Shown piece after piece: positions 25,828 to 38,450 of a stretch of 53,891 bases of DNA. The stretch is from Nemertoderma westbladi (taxonomy: Eukaryota; Animalia; Xenacoelomorpha), in assembly GCA_032718475.1 (NCBI GenBank), contig JAUCBJ010003312.1, forward strand, positions 1-53,891. Direction: 5' to 3'. How positions within the stretch are numbered: the first letter of the stretch is position 1; the number at the start of each line of letters is the position of its first letter. The notes under the pieces are model-generated. The model saw nothing but the letters and a program-made list of their open reading frames with translations, searched no databases and had not been told where the DNA came from. The translations under genes and the position numbers were made by a program.

Positions 25828-26003
25828 TTGCAACTTTGTTCATGACGTCATTGAGAACTCCAATTAGAAGGAAAATGAATGAAGGTGATAACAAAGCTAA
25901 AGCTACTGCAGTTGATTCATTACTCAATTACGAGACAGTAAAGTACTACAGTGCGGAGGAGTTGGAGGTTGAGAACTTTAGAGTTGATATATTGAACCAT
26001 CAG
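25828..26003 (+). CDS. ABCB6: ABCB6-like exon 4
   Basis: RTPIRRKMNEGDNKAKATAVDSLLNYETVKYY; CCTAG/GTAAGT boundaries; phases 1/0. Confidence 0.95.
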
Positions 26004-26869
26004 GTAAGTTTATTTCCAAGGTTGACATCCAGTGACGTTACCCATGGGCAGGGTGTGATTATATAAAAAACAATTATATGCGTAGTAAAATAAATCATTT
26101 TTTATGTCGTTTTTCATGATTTTGAAAGCCGGGTGAATAATTCCTGTTGAAATTATTGCTGCAATTGGGCCCAGGGAAAGGCTTTATTGGGGCTATAACC
26201 CTATCTGGCCCGGGCTATGTTACAATGTAATTGGAAATGTAATTGTAATTGGGGGTCATTTTAGAAATTTTTTAGATCTTGGCTCAAAATTACAATTTTG
26301 ATGGTATATGTAAGGGTTTTCGAGGTCTCTGATCACTACAAAACTTGTTATTAATATTTTCTGGTATTACAACTATCCATTTTGGTGCTATTGTGCTCCC
26401 CCAGAACGAAAAGTACACGTAAAAAAATGTCTAACTAAAAAGTTTTGTGTTTGGTTTTATAATTCTGAACGTATACTGTATGTGTTTTCCAGATCGCTGA
26501 AATCGATGAAACTGGTTATAAATATTTTAAGTAATGCAAACCCAATTTTGGTGCCATTCTGGTTCCCCGGCAGAACGAAAAGTACTGGTAGCACAAAATT
26601 ATAAACTGTTAAATTTTGCCTTTGGTTTGGTAATTGTGCAATACATGTATGCTGTGACAGAATACCCGTCATCGTAATGCTATATATTTCAACTGATAAG
26701 AAGATTATCAACATCAACGTATCGGTTCGGTAGGCCTACTGCTGTACTGATCAGCTCACTACGGTACCGGTCACTGTCTGCACTGGTACCGGTACGCAAT
26801 GCAAAAACTTGCTGCACTTATTCATTATTTATTAGCTTATTAATCAACCAGTTGAATCATAGAATCTAA

Positions 26870-27540
26870 CTCTAAAAATTCTGCTGAACAAGTTCTGGAC
26901 AGTCTGAGTCTATAGATTTTATTAAAACCAGCTTGATTCAAGAACTCAACTCTGTAAAACAACCCATAGAATCGCAAATGGTTGAAATGGCAACACATCT
27001 GGAGGAAATCGAGAAAAGTCAATCGTTTATCTCAGATAAGTACTATATAATGCTATCAGAAATACAGTGATTAAACGAGGACAATAAACATCTACCCGCG
27101 AATGTGTCTTCCTTGCAGGATGACATGAACAACCTAATGGGCTCTCTTGAGCACCTCCATCAATACTCGGGCTTGAACAACACTTATCGTTGCTGGTATC
27201 CCAGAGTCAATCTCCAATGATAAGCTCGATGATCTGGTAATCTCAATTGGAAACAAACTCGGGAGATGAATCACATGTGGATTGAAGCCTGTCATCGTTT
27301 GGGTTCTCCCAATCCTATGCAGCGTCACGCATGAAATGTTATTGTTCGTTTCGTGAATCGTAAACTTGTAGCATCTTTACCTTCTAAGAAGAAAAACCTT
27401 GCTACCATTTGATTTCTCTGGAATTGATCTCCCAACTACTACACTAAGTTGTACCAAAATGAAGATCTTTATTGATACTGACAGGAAGATTTACGTTGCT
27501 GCTTTGTCCTTTAAGAAGAAGTACAATTTCTGATATCTCT
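26870..27540 (+). pseudogene. Degenerate non-LTR retrotransposon ORF1 (CR1/L2-type coiled coil plus RRM)
   Basis: Fragmentary motifs LIVAGIPE, IEACHRLG, IVRFVNRK with stops and frameshifts. Confidence 0.6.
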
Positions 27541-28230
27541 AGACCCGATGACAGGGTTTTCTTGTGCAAAGAAGAGAAAACAAGTGCCATATTGAAAAAT
27601 TGATATCTTCCGAATCGGATATTAGTAATCTTGTTCCGTCACCTGATTCGCCTACAACTAATGGAAATGCGTGTGATGCCTCCACTCGGTAAACCAACCC
27701 CAACCAATCAGAATCAACAGTCAAGATACCTTCAATTCCATTACAGATGGAGTCGAATGCAATCAAACAGGGAAGTTTTGCTGACCATCCCAGCTTCGGG
27801 ATTGGCAAAGAGTGCTTCAAGATTTGCTGTTCTTGAGTGTGAAGGGATTCTTGTGTTGGCGAAGGAATCCCAACCGGATGTGTTCGCTTTCGGGCTATAC
27901 GCGTCGCCGCATCTGTGGGCCGCTGAAGGCTAATGACTGATATCTGAGTTCGAAAGGCCGAAGTACCGGTTGAATAAATGAGTTTTAGTGGCAGTTGTTC
28001 GCAATGTCAGAATATAATAATAGCACAATCAGAATATAATAGCACGGTATATGATGATGGTTAAAAACTGTTCCGGTCCCACAGCTCTACACATACAAAC
28101 TGAACTATAAGCAATAAATGCAACGGTTATATTATCAACACATATTGAATATTCCTACTGCTCTACGTGGCCTGGCCATTGGATGCACTCCAATCAGGTG
28201 GTATCCTATCCCATCATGAAACAATCATGA

Positions 28231-30232
28231 AACAGGAAAAGGGCCCCCTGGACTGACAACAAAATCCAGAAGTTCCGAAATGACCTATATAAGGCTCAGA
28301 AAGAGTCCCAACTCAAACAGACTACAGCGGCCAAGAATGCAGTTAAGGCTGCATCTAGGTCCCTGAACAGGAAGTACTCTGTTAATCTACAGGAGCTAAT
28401 AAACCAACAGGTTGATGCCATCATTGATGCTGACGACATCAGGCAATCATCCCAGGCATGGAAATCGATCAACTTGCTTACTGGGCGGAAAAGCCAACCA
28501 ACCACCAAGGTTAAGGCTGAATCACCAGCCGATCGCCTCAATGGTTGGAAGGCCCACTTTGAAAAGCTCCTCAATAATGACAGGGTATTGCCTGATAACT
28601 TTATAGTAGCAAAAGTGTCTGAGTCTGTACTCCCAGATATTCCCATTGGCGATATCTCCTTTGCAGAAGTGAAGGCTGCTGCAAAGAGCATTAAGACCAA
28701 TCGTGCCAGTGGAGTAGATGGTGTTCCCCCTGAGGTCTTTAAAATACCTGAGTGTTTAAAGCTCATCTATCCCATCATAGTAGACATGTACCGAACAACA
28801 AGTATCCCACAAGAAATGAAAACAAATAAGTTGGTGCAAGTTCCCAAGAAGGGCAACCTATCACTCTATGGTTCTTTTCGGAGAATCTCATTGATCTCGA
28901 TTGCTGCAAAGCTATACAATATAATTCTATTAAATCGCATCAGGGATCCCATTGAGAGACTGCTCCGTGGAAATCAGAATGGGTTCCGTAAAGATCGTGG
29001 GACCATGGTACCCATTTTGGCACTTAGAAGGATAATTGAAGAGTTATCAAAAAAGAAAGACAGGCGGCATCTGGCTGTTATCTTTGTTGACTTCTTCAAG
29101 GCCTTTGTTGATTCAGTCTCCCGCTCACGTATGTTCAGCATACTTTCATTATATGGGATTCCTGATGAAATTATTGCAGCAATCAGATCAGTATACGATG
29201 GTTCGACAACATTTGTGTCTACTGTTGATGGTGACACAGAACCATTTGAAGTGTTATGGGGCATCCTCCAGGGAGACACACTTGCACCATTTTTGTTCAT
29301 AATTGTGGTTGACTATGTTCTACGCATGTCCTTAGATCATCATAATGATGATGGGGTGATGATAACTCCACCTACTGGCTCCAGAAGTCGAGGAAATCCT
29401 GCCAAGTACCTAACTGATCTAGACTTTACTGATGACTTAGGAGTACTCTCAGAATCACTAGAGGGAGCCCAACGGCTCCTCAGCTCATTAGAACATGCTG
29501 CTTCTAGTATTGGTCTTTTTATTAACTCCAGAAAGACCAAAATTTTGACAGTTAACTTTGTAAGTTCTCAGCAAGTCTCTGATCGGATGAGCAAAAGCTC
29601 AAAGGATGGTATGCTTGAGCATGTGGACGACTTCTGTTACCTGGGATCATGGATCCGGAAGTCAGATTTGGACCTTCGAATACGTAAGGGAAAGGCATGG
29701 GCAGCCTTGAATAGGCTTTCCAGGATTTGGAAGTCAACGATAATTAATCGGAAACTTAAGGTCCGATTATTTAGAGCAGCAGTAGTTCCAGTACTCCTCT
29801 ATGGGAGTCCATGCTGGGCTCTAACTGCTGAGGACACCAAATCTCTGGATGGCACATTCACAAGAATGCTACGCCGGGTTCATTGTGTCAAGTACAATGC
29901 ACACATCTCCAACCAGACACTATATAACATTGGAGGTGTCTCATTGGTTCCCCCAAGCTTGACACTAGAACAAAATCGCCTCTGCTTTGCAGGACATTGC
30001 TTTCGCCGTGAGGACCAGCCAGTGCATAATCTTGTACTTTGGCAGCCTCATGGAGTGAATAAGCATGGTGGACAGCCCATGACTTTCTTGAGACGCATCT
30101 TAAAGGACACTGGCCTTAAAGATGCGGATGATCTAGCAAATGTCATGGGTGATAGGGAGTTGTGGCGGCGCAATTTTGTCGACAAGCCGGCACAGCATTC
30201 TTAAAAATGCAGCTGCAATGCAGCATGCCGAT
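28231..30232 (+). mobile_element. 5'-truncated RTE-clade LINE, RT frame open to 30204
   Basis: ASGVDGVP, VPKKGNL, QNGFRKDRGT, DFFKAF, QGDTLAPFLF, FTDD (catalytic DD), FCYLGS, RLCFAGHCFR, DRELWR; no APE endonuclease domain present. Confidence 0.92.
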
Positions 30233-30790
30233 ACCAGTCGTATCCCATCATTGGCTAACATATTAATCTCTCCCTGCTGCCATTATCCCTTCTTGCTAGC
30301 CCCTTTGTCCCCTTGAGATGGTTTATGGCCTCTCAACTCCGCATGTGGCTGGCAATGTGTATTGCCTATGTTGGTTTTTAGGTGACATTATATTACTAAT
30401 GTCACTTTCCCAACTATAATTGGTAAAAAGCCACTTTCCCCATTTTCCGCTGGGTAGTGCAGGGATTTGAATCCGCTTACACTCCCCCCCCCCCCCATGC
30501 TATCTTCCCGGTAAGAAGATAGCATCAACCTAAGTGCGCTTTTCAATTCTGCTGGAATCCAATCTAGTATTGGATGTGGGGTCGAATTTTCTTCTCAGGG
30601 TCAGCTTTCCAGGCTGCCCACCCCCCTGGGTAGGTTTTCACTAGCCATCCTTGGTACATCTTCGAGCTAAGCTGTACCAAGGCATCTGGCGTCTCTGTTT
30701 TTGACATTCGCCCTCACTCATCTCACATTTTATGTCTTGGACTTTGTTGTCCGTTCCTCTCTCACTAGTCCCATAGGACTAATATGTTCG
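30233..30790 (+). repeat. Diverged copy of the LTR-like repeat carrying a conserved hairpin cluster
   Basis: Alignable by eye to the reverse complement of ~6600-7110 and its duplicate. Confidence 0.75.
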
Positions 30791-32189
30791 TGGGTTTGAG
30801 TTCTATTGAGTCGGAAAGATGGGTGATTGATAAATTCGATTGGTGAAACTGGTTAACCTGAAAATCCCAGATGAGGCACCTACTTCTAGGTGGGGTTTTA
30901 TCTAAGATTCAGAAATTTTACCTGCTGATGCGACTGAGCAACAGAGAAGGGATTTTAATGAGATCACAGAAGGCGTTTTCTTCCTTTGTATTGGCAGTTT
31001 CGACAGAGAAATTGTACTTGATAACAACATGTAACTCTGCCAGGGATGCATGGGATTCTTTAAAGTCACAATTTGAACGTGGTTCATTAGCCAATAAGAT
31101 TATGTTAAAGAAATAATATTTCCATTATGAAATGTCCGAGGAAACCCACGTAGAAGCACATCTAAAGGATATGAAAGAAATAGCAGATTGTCTCGCTGCA
31201 ATAGGAGCATCAATTTCTGAAGAAGATCAAGTTGTCAGTCTTTTAGGAAGTTTACCTGGCAGCTATGATTGATTAGTCACAGCACTAAGCCAGGTGGGTG
31301 ATCTTCGTTTAAGGATGTTCAGGAATCGAGTGTCAATGAAGAGTCAAAGCGCCACCAACGTGAATGTAATATGGATGGTAAGATGGGTAATGAGGCTGAT
31401 CTTGTAGGAGGTTTAGCTAAGAAGTTTAATTTCGTAAAGTCGTTTAAATGTTACCAATGTGGCGAGCCCAGTCACATGAAGAAATATTTCCTGAAAAATA
31501 CTGCTGCTAAGGATTATGTGAGTAAATCATCGAACCACAAGGCTACAATTGTTGATCAGCCTGATTCAGTATCTAAAATGCAAAGAATCCATCATGAAAC
31601 TACAACAGTTCCCTAGACGCCTGAACAAAATGGCATGCCGAACGTTTGAATAGGACCCTAATTGATTCAGCTCGCAGTATGTTATATCATGCTGGCTTAT
31701 TGAAGTCTTATTGGGCCGAAGCAGTGAACACTGCTGCATATGCTAGGAATAGATTACCAACAGCAATGCTACCTGGTGTTACACCTTATAAAATCTGGTT
31801 TCGACGAAATCCCACTGTTAGACATATGAAAGTATTTGGATCACTTGCTTATGTTCATATACCATCTTCTGATTGGAAAAATTGGACTCTAAAGCTAAGA
31901 CGCTGCCCTTTCCGGGATATTGTTCCAGCAAGAAAGGATATTGACGCTACGATGAAATAAAGCAACAAACTGTGGGCGACCTAGATGGTGTGAGAGATGT
32001 TCAATCCAATGGGAGATTTAAATTTACATTGTCATCAAGATCAAAAAACAAATGATAAAATTGATAGACCAGTTAGAGAACAGCGACCCCCTGTACGATA
32101 TGGTTTTGATGAATTTACACATTCTGTAATTAAGAATTCTGTAATTCATGCTGATACCGATCATTCAGCATTTACCATATATGATGAAC

Positions 32190-32948
32190 CAAGGGCGTAA
32201 ATGTGACTCAAAAAGTGGGGGGGTCCGAAAATATTCAAAAATAAAAATTTTATTTTGGGGTTCTAAAACATGAATCTCAGTTTTCCAGATATTTATTCAA
32301 TTCAAATTTAACCACCCTCCGGTATACAAATTGTATTGTATTGTGTACGGTACTCTATCTATAGTGGCCTAGGCCAGAATGCAAATCAGCGAATAAACGA
32401 CTTATCTGCCGGGTCTCTGTATAATAGTGAGCAACTGAAACTAATAACTAATGTAGGTAGGTAACTTAACTGGTTAATAACTAAACTGAAACTAATGTAG
32501 GTAGGCCGGCATTGGCCGGTTCTGTGTAATTAACTGCACTGCCTGACAAAGCTAATCAGCTGATAAAGCCGGTACATATCACACTATTTTCCCATGGACA
32601 AAATAACACTCGTTGACATAATCCACCATTACAAAAGCTGGGCAAAATGTGTAATAATAACAACTATTACTATTATCACTAAGGCCATATTAGCTGATTT
32701 TGTCCTACAGTACAGTGACCAAAATTAATAATCTTTTGAACGATTAATATAATTTAGAATGAATCGTAATTGCACTATAAATCATATTTAATTAATTTCA
32801 CGAGAACATGTTTCAGCTAGCGAAAAATTTATTTCGAATTTAGCCTGTGTATCCACCACTGAAAAAGTGGGGGTCCGAACCAACTTTTCAAAAAGTGGGG
32901 GGGGGGGGGGTCCGGACTCCCCCGACCCCCCTGGGATTTACGCCACTG
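32190..32948. mobile_element. Non-autonomous hAT-type element inserted in Copia
   Basis: TIRs CAAGGGCGTAAAT / ATTTACGCCACTG; 8-bp TSD TGATGAAC (32182-32189) / TGTTGAAC (32949-32956); subterminal AAAAAGTGGGGGGGTCC repeats. Confidence 0.85.
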
Positions 32949-33324
32949 TGTTGAACCAAGTAATGTATCAGAAGCTCTATCAAGTCAACAAAAGAAAAGA
33001 TGGCAAGAAGCATTAAATTAAGAAATGTCTGCTTTGAGTAAAAAGGAAACTTGAGACTATGTGAAATTGCCACATGATAGACAAGCTATTGGATGTAAAT
33101 GGGTCTTAAAGCTAAAGCGCAATTCAGATGGGTCTGTCAATCGCTACAAAGCTCGACTTGTAGCTAAAGGATATGGACAAAAGGTAGGAATAGATTACAA
33201 TGAAATATTAGCTCCTATTGTCAGATTTTCATCCATTCGTGCCTTGTTGGCAATTGGTTTCCATCGTTCTATGCATATCCACCAAATTACCTCCAAATCA
33301 AATGCCAAGAGTCAAAAGCCAAAA

Positions 33325-33405
33325 CTACTTTGGGCGTAATGTCCTGATCCTATGTTTTTTATTAGTTTGTGGGGTGTAAGACTCTAAGTGTTTTACCCAT
33401 TTAGT
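33325..33405. mobile_element. Relic terminus related to the Kolobok-like MITE at 48110-48639
   Basis: TTGGGC...TCCTGAT.CTAT...TTTTATT...GGGGTGTAAGACTC resembles 48576-48625; interrupts the Copia RT. Confidence 0.55.
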
Positions 33406-34520
33406 TTATATATATACCGAGTCCCCATTAGTCAGTATGTCGGTACATTAGACAATTATCATATTAAGAAAGTGGATGGGAGACTTTATCAATCAATGGT
33501 TGGGAGTCTTCTGTACGCATCAATTGCAACCCCTCCTGATAACGCATATGCTGTTGCTATTGTCTACAAGTCACCAACTGAACTCCATATGACATCTGTG
33601 AAACAAATATTTCGTTATCTGAAGGGAACAGCTGATTTCTAACTTACTTACGCTGCTTGTGACTCAAGTCTTCATTTACTTGGTTACTCAGATTCTGATT
33701 GGGCAAGAGATCCAGCTAGAAGAAGGTCTACTACCGGAATTATTTTTATTTTATTTGGTGGAGCTATATCTTGAACCTGTAAACGTCAGTCTATGGTCTC
33801 CTTATCAACTGCTGAGGCTGAGTATGTTGCCTTGTCATCGGCTGCTCAAGAAGCTGTCTGGCTGAGGCGGCTCCTTGTTGAGTTAGGTATTGTGCAATCG
33901 CAATTGCGAAATATCCCATTGATCACCATCGAACAAAACACATTGATATTGTGGTGCCTTTGTTCGCGATGCCATCCGTAATAATGTTATACAGTAGATA
34001 TTCTCTATTGCCCATCGGAATTTATGTTGGCAGGTGAGCTAACAAAACCTTTAACAAAAACTTAACAAAACCTAAAGGTCGTTTTGAGTTGCTTCAAGAG
34101 GGCATGGGGATCAAAAATCCTAATGGGATTGTACCATAATGATTAAACTATGTTACTTGTAATCTAGAAAACTATTCAATCTCTCATTTAAACTATGTTT
34201 TGACTCTTGTCTGGCAACTACATAAATAAGGGATTTTGAATTGAACTCCTGTTCTAGAACTAAACAAATACCTCGTTAAGTCTCAAGAGTGTTAAAAATA
34301 TACTGTATGACTTCGTATTAATTACTTGTGCTGTCTGTTTAGTGACTTGGTATGATATGCAGTACAGTTGTACTGCAGTATTGTCGTTGTACCATAGTAT
34401 TGTACTGGTAATTCGATTGACTTCTTGCTATCGTTAACAATACAGATGGATCTACTGTGCTTTGAGTTACTTCTTTTCCAAACAATAAGTACCAGATACG
34501 AATTATATTTGATATTATAG

Positions 34521-34733
34521 GCATGGCAGAGAAAAGCTACGGAGACACAGCTGCTGCTAAATTTAATCCAAAACGTTTTAATTAGCACCGGAACGCTGGT
34601 TGGTTGTTTACTTTGTGCTCATTACGTTGTCAACCAAGAACTCACTGTTGGTGATTACGTTCTATTCACAACATATCTCCTACAACTCTACGGGCCGCTA
34701 AATCAATTTGGAAATATGTATATAATTTTACAG
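34521..34733 (+). CDS. ABCB6: ABCB6-like exon 5
   Basis: LLNLIQN...LTVGDYVLFTTYLLQLYGPLNQFG; TATAG/GTAAT boundaries; 213 nt, phases 0/0. Confidence 0.95.
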
Positions 34734-34992
34734 GTAATCAAACTCATCCATTGTATTTGGTAACGAGAGTAGCTGGATATAGAATATGATACTAATAAAA
34801 TAACCCTTTACAAATGTGAATACCTTCCTTTGCTGTAAGTTATTGTTGTCAATTCTTACCATAAGGGTCTAAAAGCTACATACTTATAATTTCCCTTGCT
34901 AAACTGCAGTGTCATAATCAGTATTTACTCTGGCATAGCTCTTTTGTAAGACTTGGTAAACTAATTAATTATTCTCCTTACTTTTCTTGCAG

Positions 34993-35132
34993 ACTGCTTT
35001 TATAGATATGGAGAACATGTTCGATTTACTCGATGTAGAAGAAGAGGTGCAAGATGATACAGAAAACAAACACTTGAATGTAGTGCGCGGAGAGATTCAA
35101 TTCAAGAACGTTTATTTTAGCTACATTACTGG
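34993..35132 (+). CDS. ABCB6: ABCB6-like exon 6
   Basis: TAFIDMENMFDLL...GEIQFKNVYFSY; GCAG/GTAAG boundaries; phases 0/2. Confidence 0.95.
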
Positions 35133-35309
35133 GTAAGCTATTCTTCTGTAAATATTTTATTTATACACAAATCATATTCGAACTATCATGTAAACCAAAC
35201 TTTAAAAGCAGTCTACTTAAACAAAAAGTTTCCTCTTTAATTAGACTCGAATATAGTGATTTACATTCATAAAGGTATTCATTAACACCTCCACTTGGTA
35301 TGACATTCC

Positions 35310-35492
35310 ATTCTCCATGAGGAGCAGCTTGACAACCCATGACTTTCTTGAGACGCCTCTTAATTAAAAGAGACTAGCCTTGAAGATGCGGATAATCTTG
35401 AGATATTCATGGGGATATAGAGATTTGGTGGCGCAATTTTGTCGACAAGCTGCAATAGCTTCTCAATATGCAGCTACAATCAGTAGGCCGAT
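35310..35492 (+). mobile_element. Short diverged 3'-end relic of the same RTE family
   Basis: CCCATGACTTTCTTGAGACGC...GGCGCAATTTTGTCGACAAGC matches ~30050-30232. Confidence 0.85.
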
Positions 35493-35542
35493 TATAAATA
35501 GATAAATCTACATAAAATAACTCTTATATTTTCATTCATCAG

Positions 35543-35779
35543 GAAAGAGATTTTGAAGAACATCACCTTTGTTATACCTTCCGGCCATACTGTGGCCATT
35601 GTTGGACCTTCCGGTTCCGGAAAATCTACGATAATTCGACTTCTTTTCCGATTCTATGACGTCACATCCGGATCAATACAGATCGATGGTCAGGACATTA
35701 GTAAAGTCACCCAGCTGTCATTGAGACATTCTATAGGAGTCGTCCCCCAAGATACGGTTCTGTTTCATAAGGATATTCG
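35543..35779 (+). CDS. ABCB6: ABCB6-like exon 7 (Walker A, Q-loop)
   Basis: [20 protein letters not shown]...[11 protein letters not shown]; phases 2/2. Confidence 0.97.
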
Positions 35780-37878
35780 GTAGGTTAAGAGGTTTAGTGA
35801 CAACTGTCAAAACCGATTTTGTCCAATTTGACCTTTTGAGAGCGTTTTAATCTAAAATGATGCATGAAACATGTTCCTTGGGTTCAATTGGCCTATTCAA
35901 CATTTATTATAGGGTTTAATAATTCACACGTCATATTGTTTTTACACTCTATTAACATCCTACAAGCATTTTTGTGTGGGTAATATTTAAGAGCAGTAAT
36001 ACTTTTTATATATTAATATTAATAATAATAATGTGTTTGTCCAAGACAGACAGTATACAGTAGGTTCATTAATTCACAGTATGTCTACTAACACTGTTTG
36101 GGGCTGAGTGTGCTTTGCTTTCAGTTACCTCCCTTGATATAGAAGCCATTAGTAAACCTAAGACACTATTATGTTATGATGAACAATTATATAAATCATA
36201 TAATCCATTCAATCTGGCGGAAATGAAGGCAACCAAAGCTAATTCGCAATTCATCCGAACAAAATATTGTTGATTCTCTATTATCTTTCTAATACTGTAA
36301 AAGCTTTTGCGGAATTGCCCGGTTATTTTCCCCGTAAAGTACTCTGTAGTTGGTTTAGCAGGCATAAAAGGCCGTGTCATTGCTGTACCGGTGTTTTTAG
36401 GGGACATAAAAGCTATTTCTTCTGTATGTGTACTTTAGAGGACATAATTAGCAATTCTATGACGCAACGCCCTAGATCCTCTTGAAACAGTGTCGTTACT
36501 ATGACGACAGCTAACGGCTGAGCTTTACACGTGTAGCTTGCCCTGAGCCTTGCCTTGGTTCTTTGTTCTGCTCAGCTCAAAATGACGACATCTATCAGCT
36601 GTGTCCACGTGGAGCCTTTTGCCATTCGACCAATCAGAGATTACCTCTTTGTGTAAAAGCTGTACAGCAGAATTACAGGATTCAGTACTGACGTTTCCCC
36701 CACGCCTAGAACACCGGCCGGGGAATGTTTTCTGACATTAGAGCGTCTTTAATTATAAGATCATCAAACGGTTATCACGGTTTTGCACCTCGGCATCTGA
36801 TTAAGCACCCTGACGTAAACTGCTTTTCGCCGCATTATTTACTGCTATTTACTGTGTTGTTAATTGTATCGTTCGTTTACATATTATTATTGGGAAGAAT
36901 ATTGATAACGATCCGAAAACCCAATCTTCTTGATACACTAAGGTTAGAGAGACCGGTTACATATAACAATTTGCGACATACATTATCGTGGTTTGTAGTG
37001 AGTTCAATGCTACTTAATAGGCCCTACAAATGTCGGTTGTTATTCTCTTTATATATGATTAAAATCAGTGAATGTCGGCAATTCAGTGTGCAGTTGTGTG
37101 CAATAGTCTGTGTGTGCTTGACCGAGTAACAAAGCATTTCCTAAAGAATGCACTTTGGTGATCTTTAAGACATACTGTTGTGTATAGTGCAAGTCATAGC
37201 TCTGTTTAAATAGATAGAGCGCCACGTCCTAAAGGAACTGCTAATATTTCCCTAAAGTGAATAATATTCGTCAGAGATTATATATTAACGATCAATCGAA
37301 TAGTACGGTAGGCCTGCACCGCAATCAAATTAAAGCATCCAAATCCAGTCTCCCGGGTATATCCAGCGGGTGAATGGTCGCGCACAGACTGGCTTTGGCT
37401 AATGTTAGAATTATTATAGGTGTTCAATACTTGTCATAGGCTGGAGTAGATTTATAACCTAGAAGACATATAGATTTGGCGGGTTAAACTGCCAAAGGTC
37501 TTAAAAGCGCGAACAATAACCGTTTGTAGAATTCTTGATTGCAGTGTAGGCAATAAATACAGTTTAATATTGTTCTGGTAAGAACAATAACAGTTTGTAG
37601 GATCTTGATTGCGGCGTAAGCGATCAAGACTAAAGTACCGGTCGACCGGTAATCTGTAGGCCTGACTGCCTGATCATCCGGACCGGTACTTACAGCAGTA
37701 CAGGTACAGCAGTATTATTCGATTTTGATAATTATATACCGGTAGGTCTCGATATTAAATCGGGGACGCCTGGTTTTTATTGGGATTTTACTTAGGTCTA
37801 TTTCTGTCAGTTTTATTTATTTGTAGGCCAGTATTGAGCAGAAGGCGTGTAAGCTTGCTCAGTCTATACAGACAATTG

Positions 37879-38450
37879 GTAGGCTGGACTGTTGTCTGGC
37901 TGTTGTTGGGTCTGAACGGATTGCAGTGTGTGTAGAGTCTGTCCGATAAAGTGCCAGTTAGTAAGTAGGGGCATCTTGAGTTGTAAGGTCAACCCCCTCT
38001 TAAAGAATAAGTCGTACTACCGAGTTAGAACGCATACTAACTAACCATTTTGGAATCTGCATATACTGTAGTTTATTTAGGCTTGATAGTAGTCTGCCAG
38101 CGTTTTGGCCTGTGTTTGTTTGTGTGGTCTGTTCAGGTACCGTAATAGTTATTACTCAGATATTTTGTAGGCTGGATTGTTGTCTAGCTGTTATTAGGTC
38201 TAAAGAGATTGCTGCGTGTGTAGAGTCTGTCCGATAAAGTGCCAGTTAGTAAGTTGGGGCATCTTGAGTTGTAAGGTCAACCCCCTCCTAAAGAATAAGT
38301 CGTACTACCGTGTTAGAACGCATACTAACTAACCATTTTGGAATCTGCACATACAGTAGTTTATTTAGGCTTGATGGTAGTCTGCCAGCGTTTGGTTTGT
38401 ATTTTGTTTGAGTATTCTGTACGGGTAGCGTAATATTTATTATTCAGAGT
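37879..38450 (+). repeat. ~289-bp tandem duplication in the LTR element leader
   Basis: The block GTAGAGTCTGTCCGATAAAGTGCCAGTTAG... occurs at ~37932 and ~38220. Confidence 0.9.

Larger units (their letters stand above)
30819..34290 (+). mobile_element. Degenerate Ty1/Copia retrotransposon with internal deletions
   Basis: Gag (WDSLKSQFER, LLGSLP, CYQCGEPSH), integrase (PEQNG...NRTL, YWAEAVNTAAY), RT (IGCKWVLKLK...YKARLVAKGY, YQSMVGSLLY), RNase H (YSDSDWA, VSLSTAEAEYVA); many stops and frameshifts; no intact LTR pair seen. Confidence 0.92.

Noticed and set aside
26190-26700. Possible piggyBac-like MITE starting TAACCCT with an internal ~170-bp repeat
   Set aside because: I could not find the matching terminus or TSD, so it is not called as a feature.
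30233-30790. Treating this segment as the Copia 5' LTR or the RTE 3' UTR
   Set aside because: No matching copy follows the Copia 3' end, and the second RTE relic (35310-35492) stops matching at ~30232.
36725-37129. 134-aa hydrophobic ORF present twice (also 41538-41942)
   Set aside because: Lies within the LTRs; the duplication reflects LTR identity and the hydrophobicity reflects T-richness.
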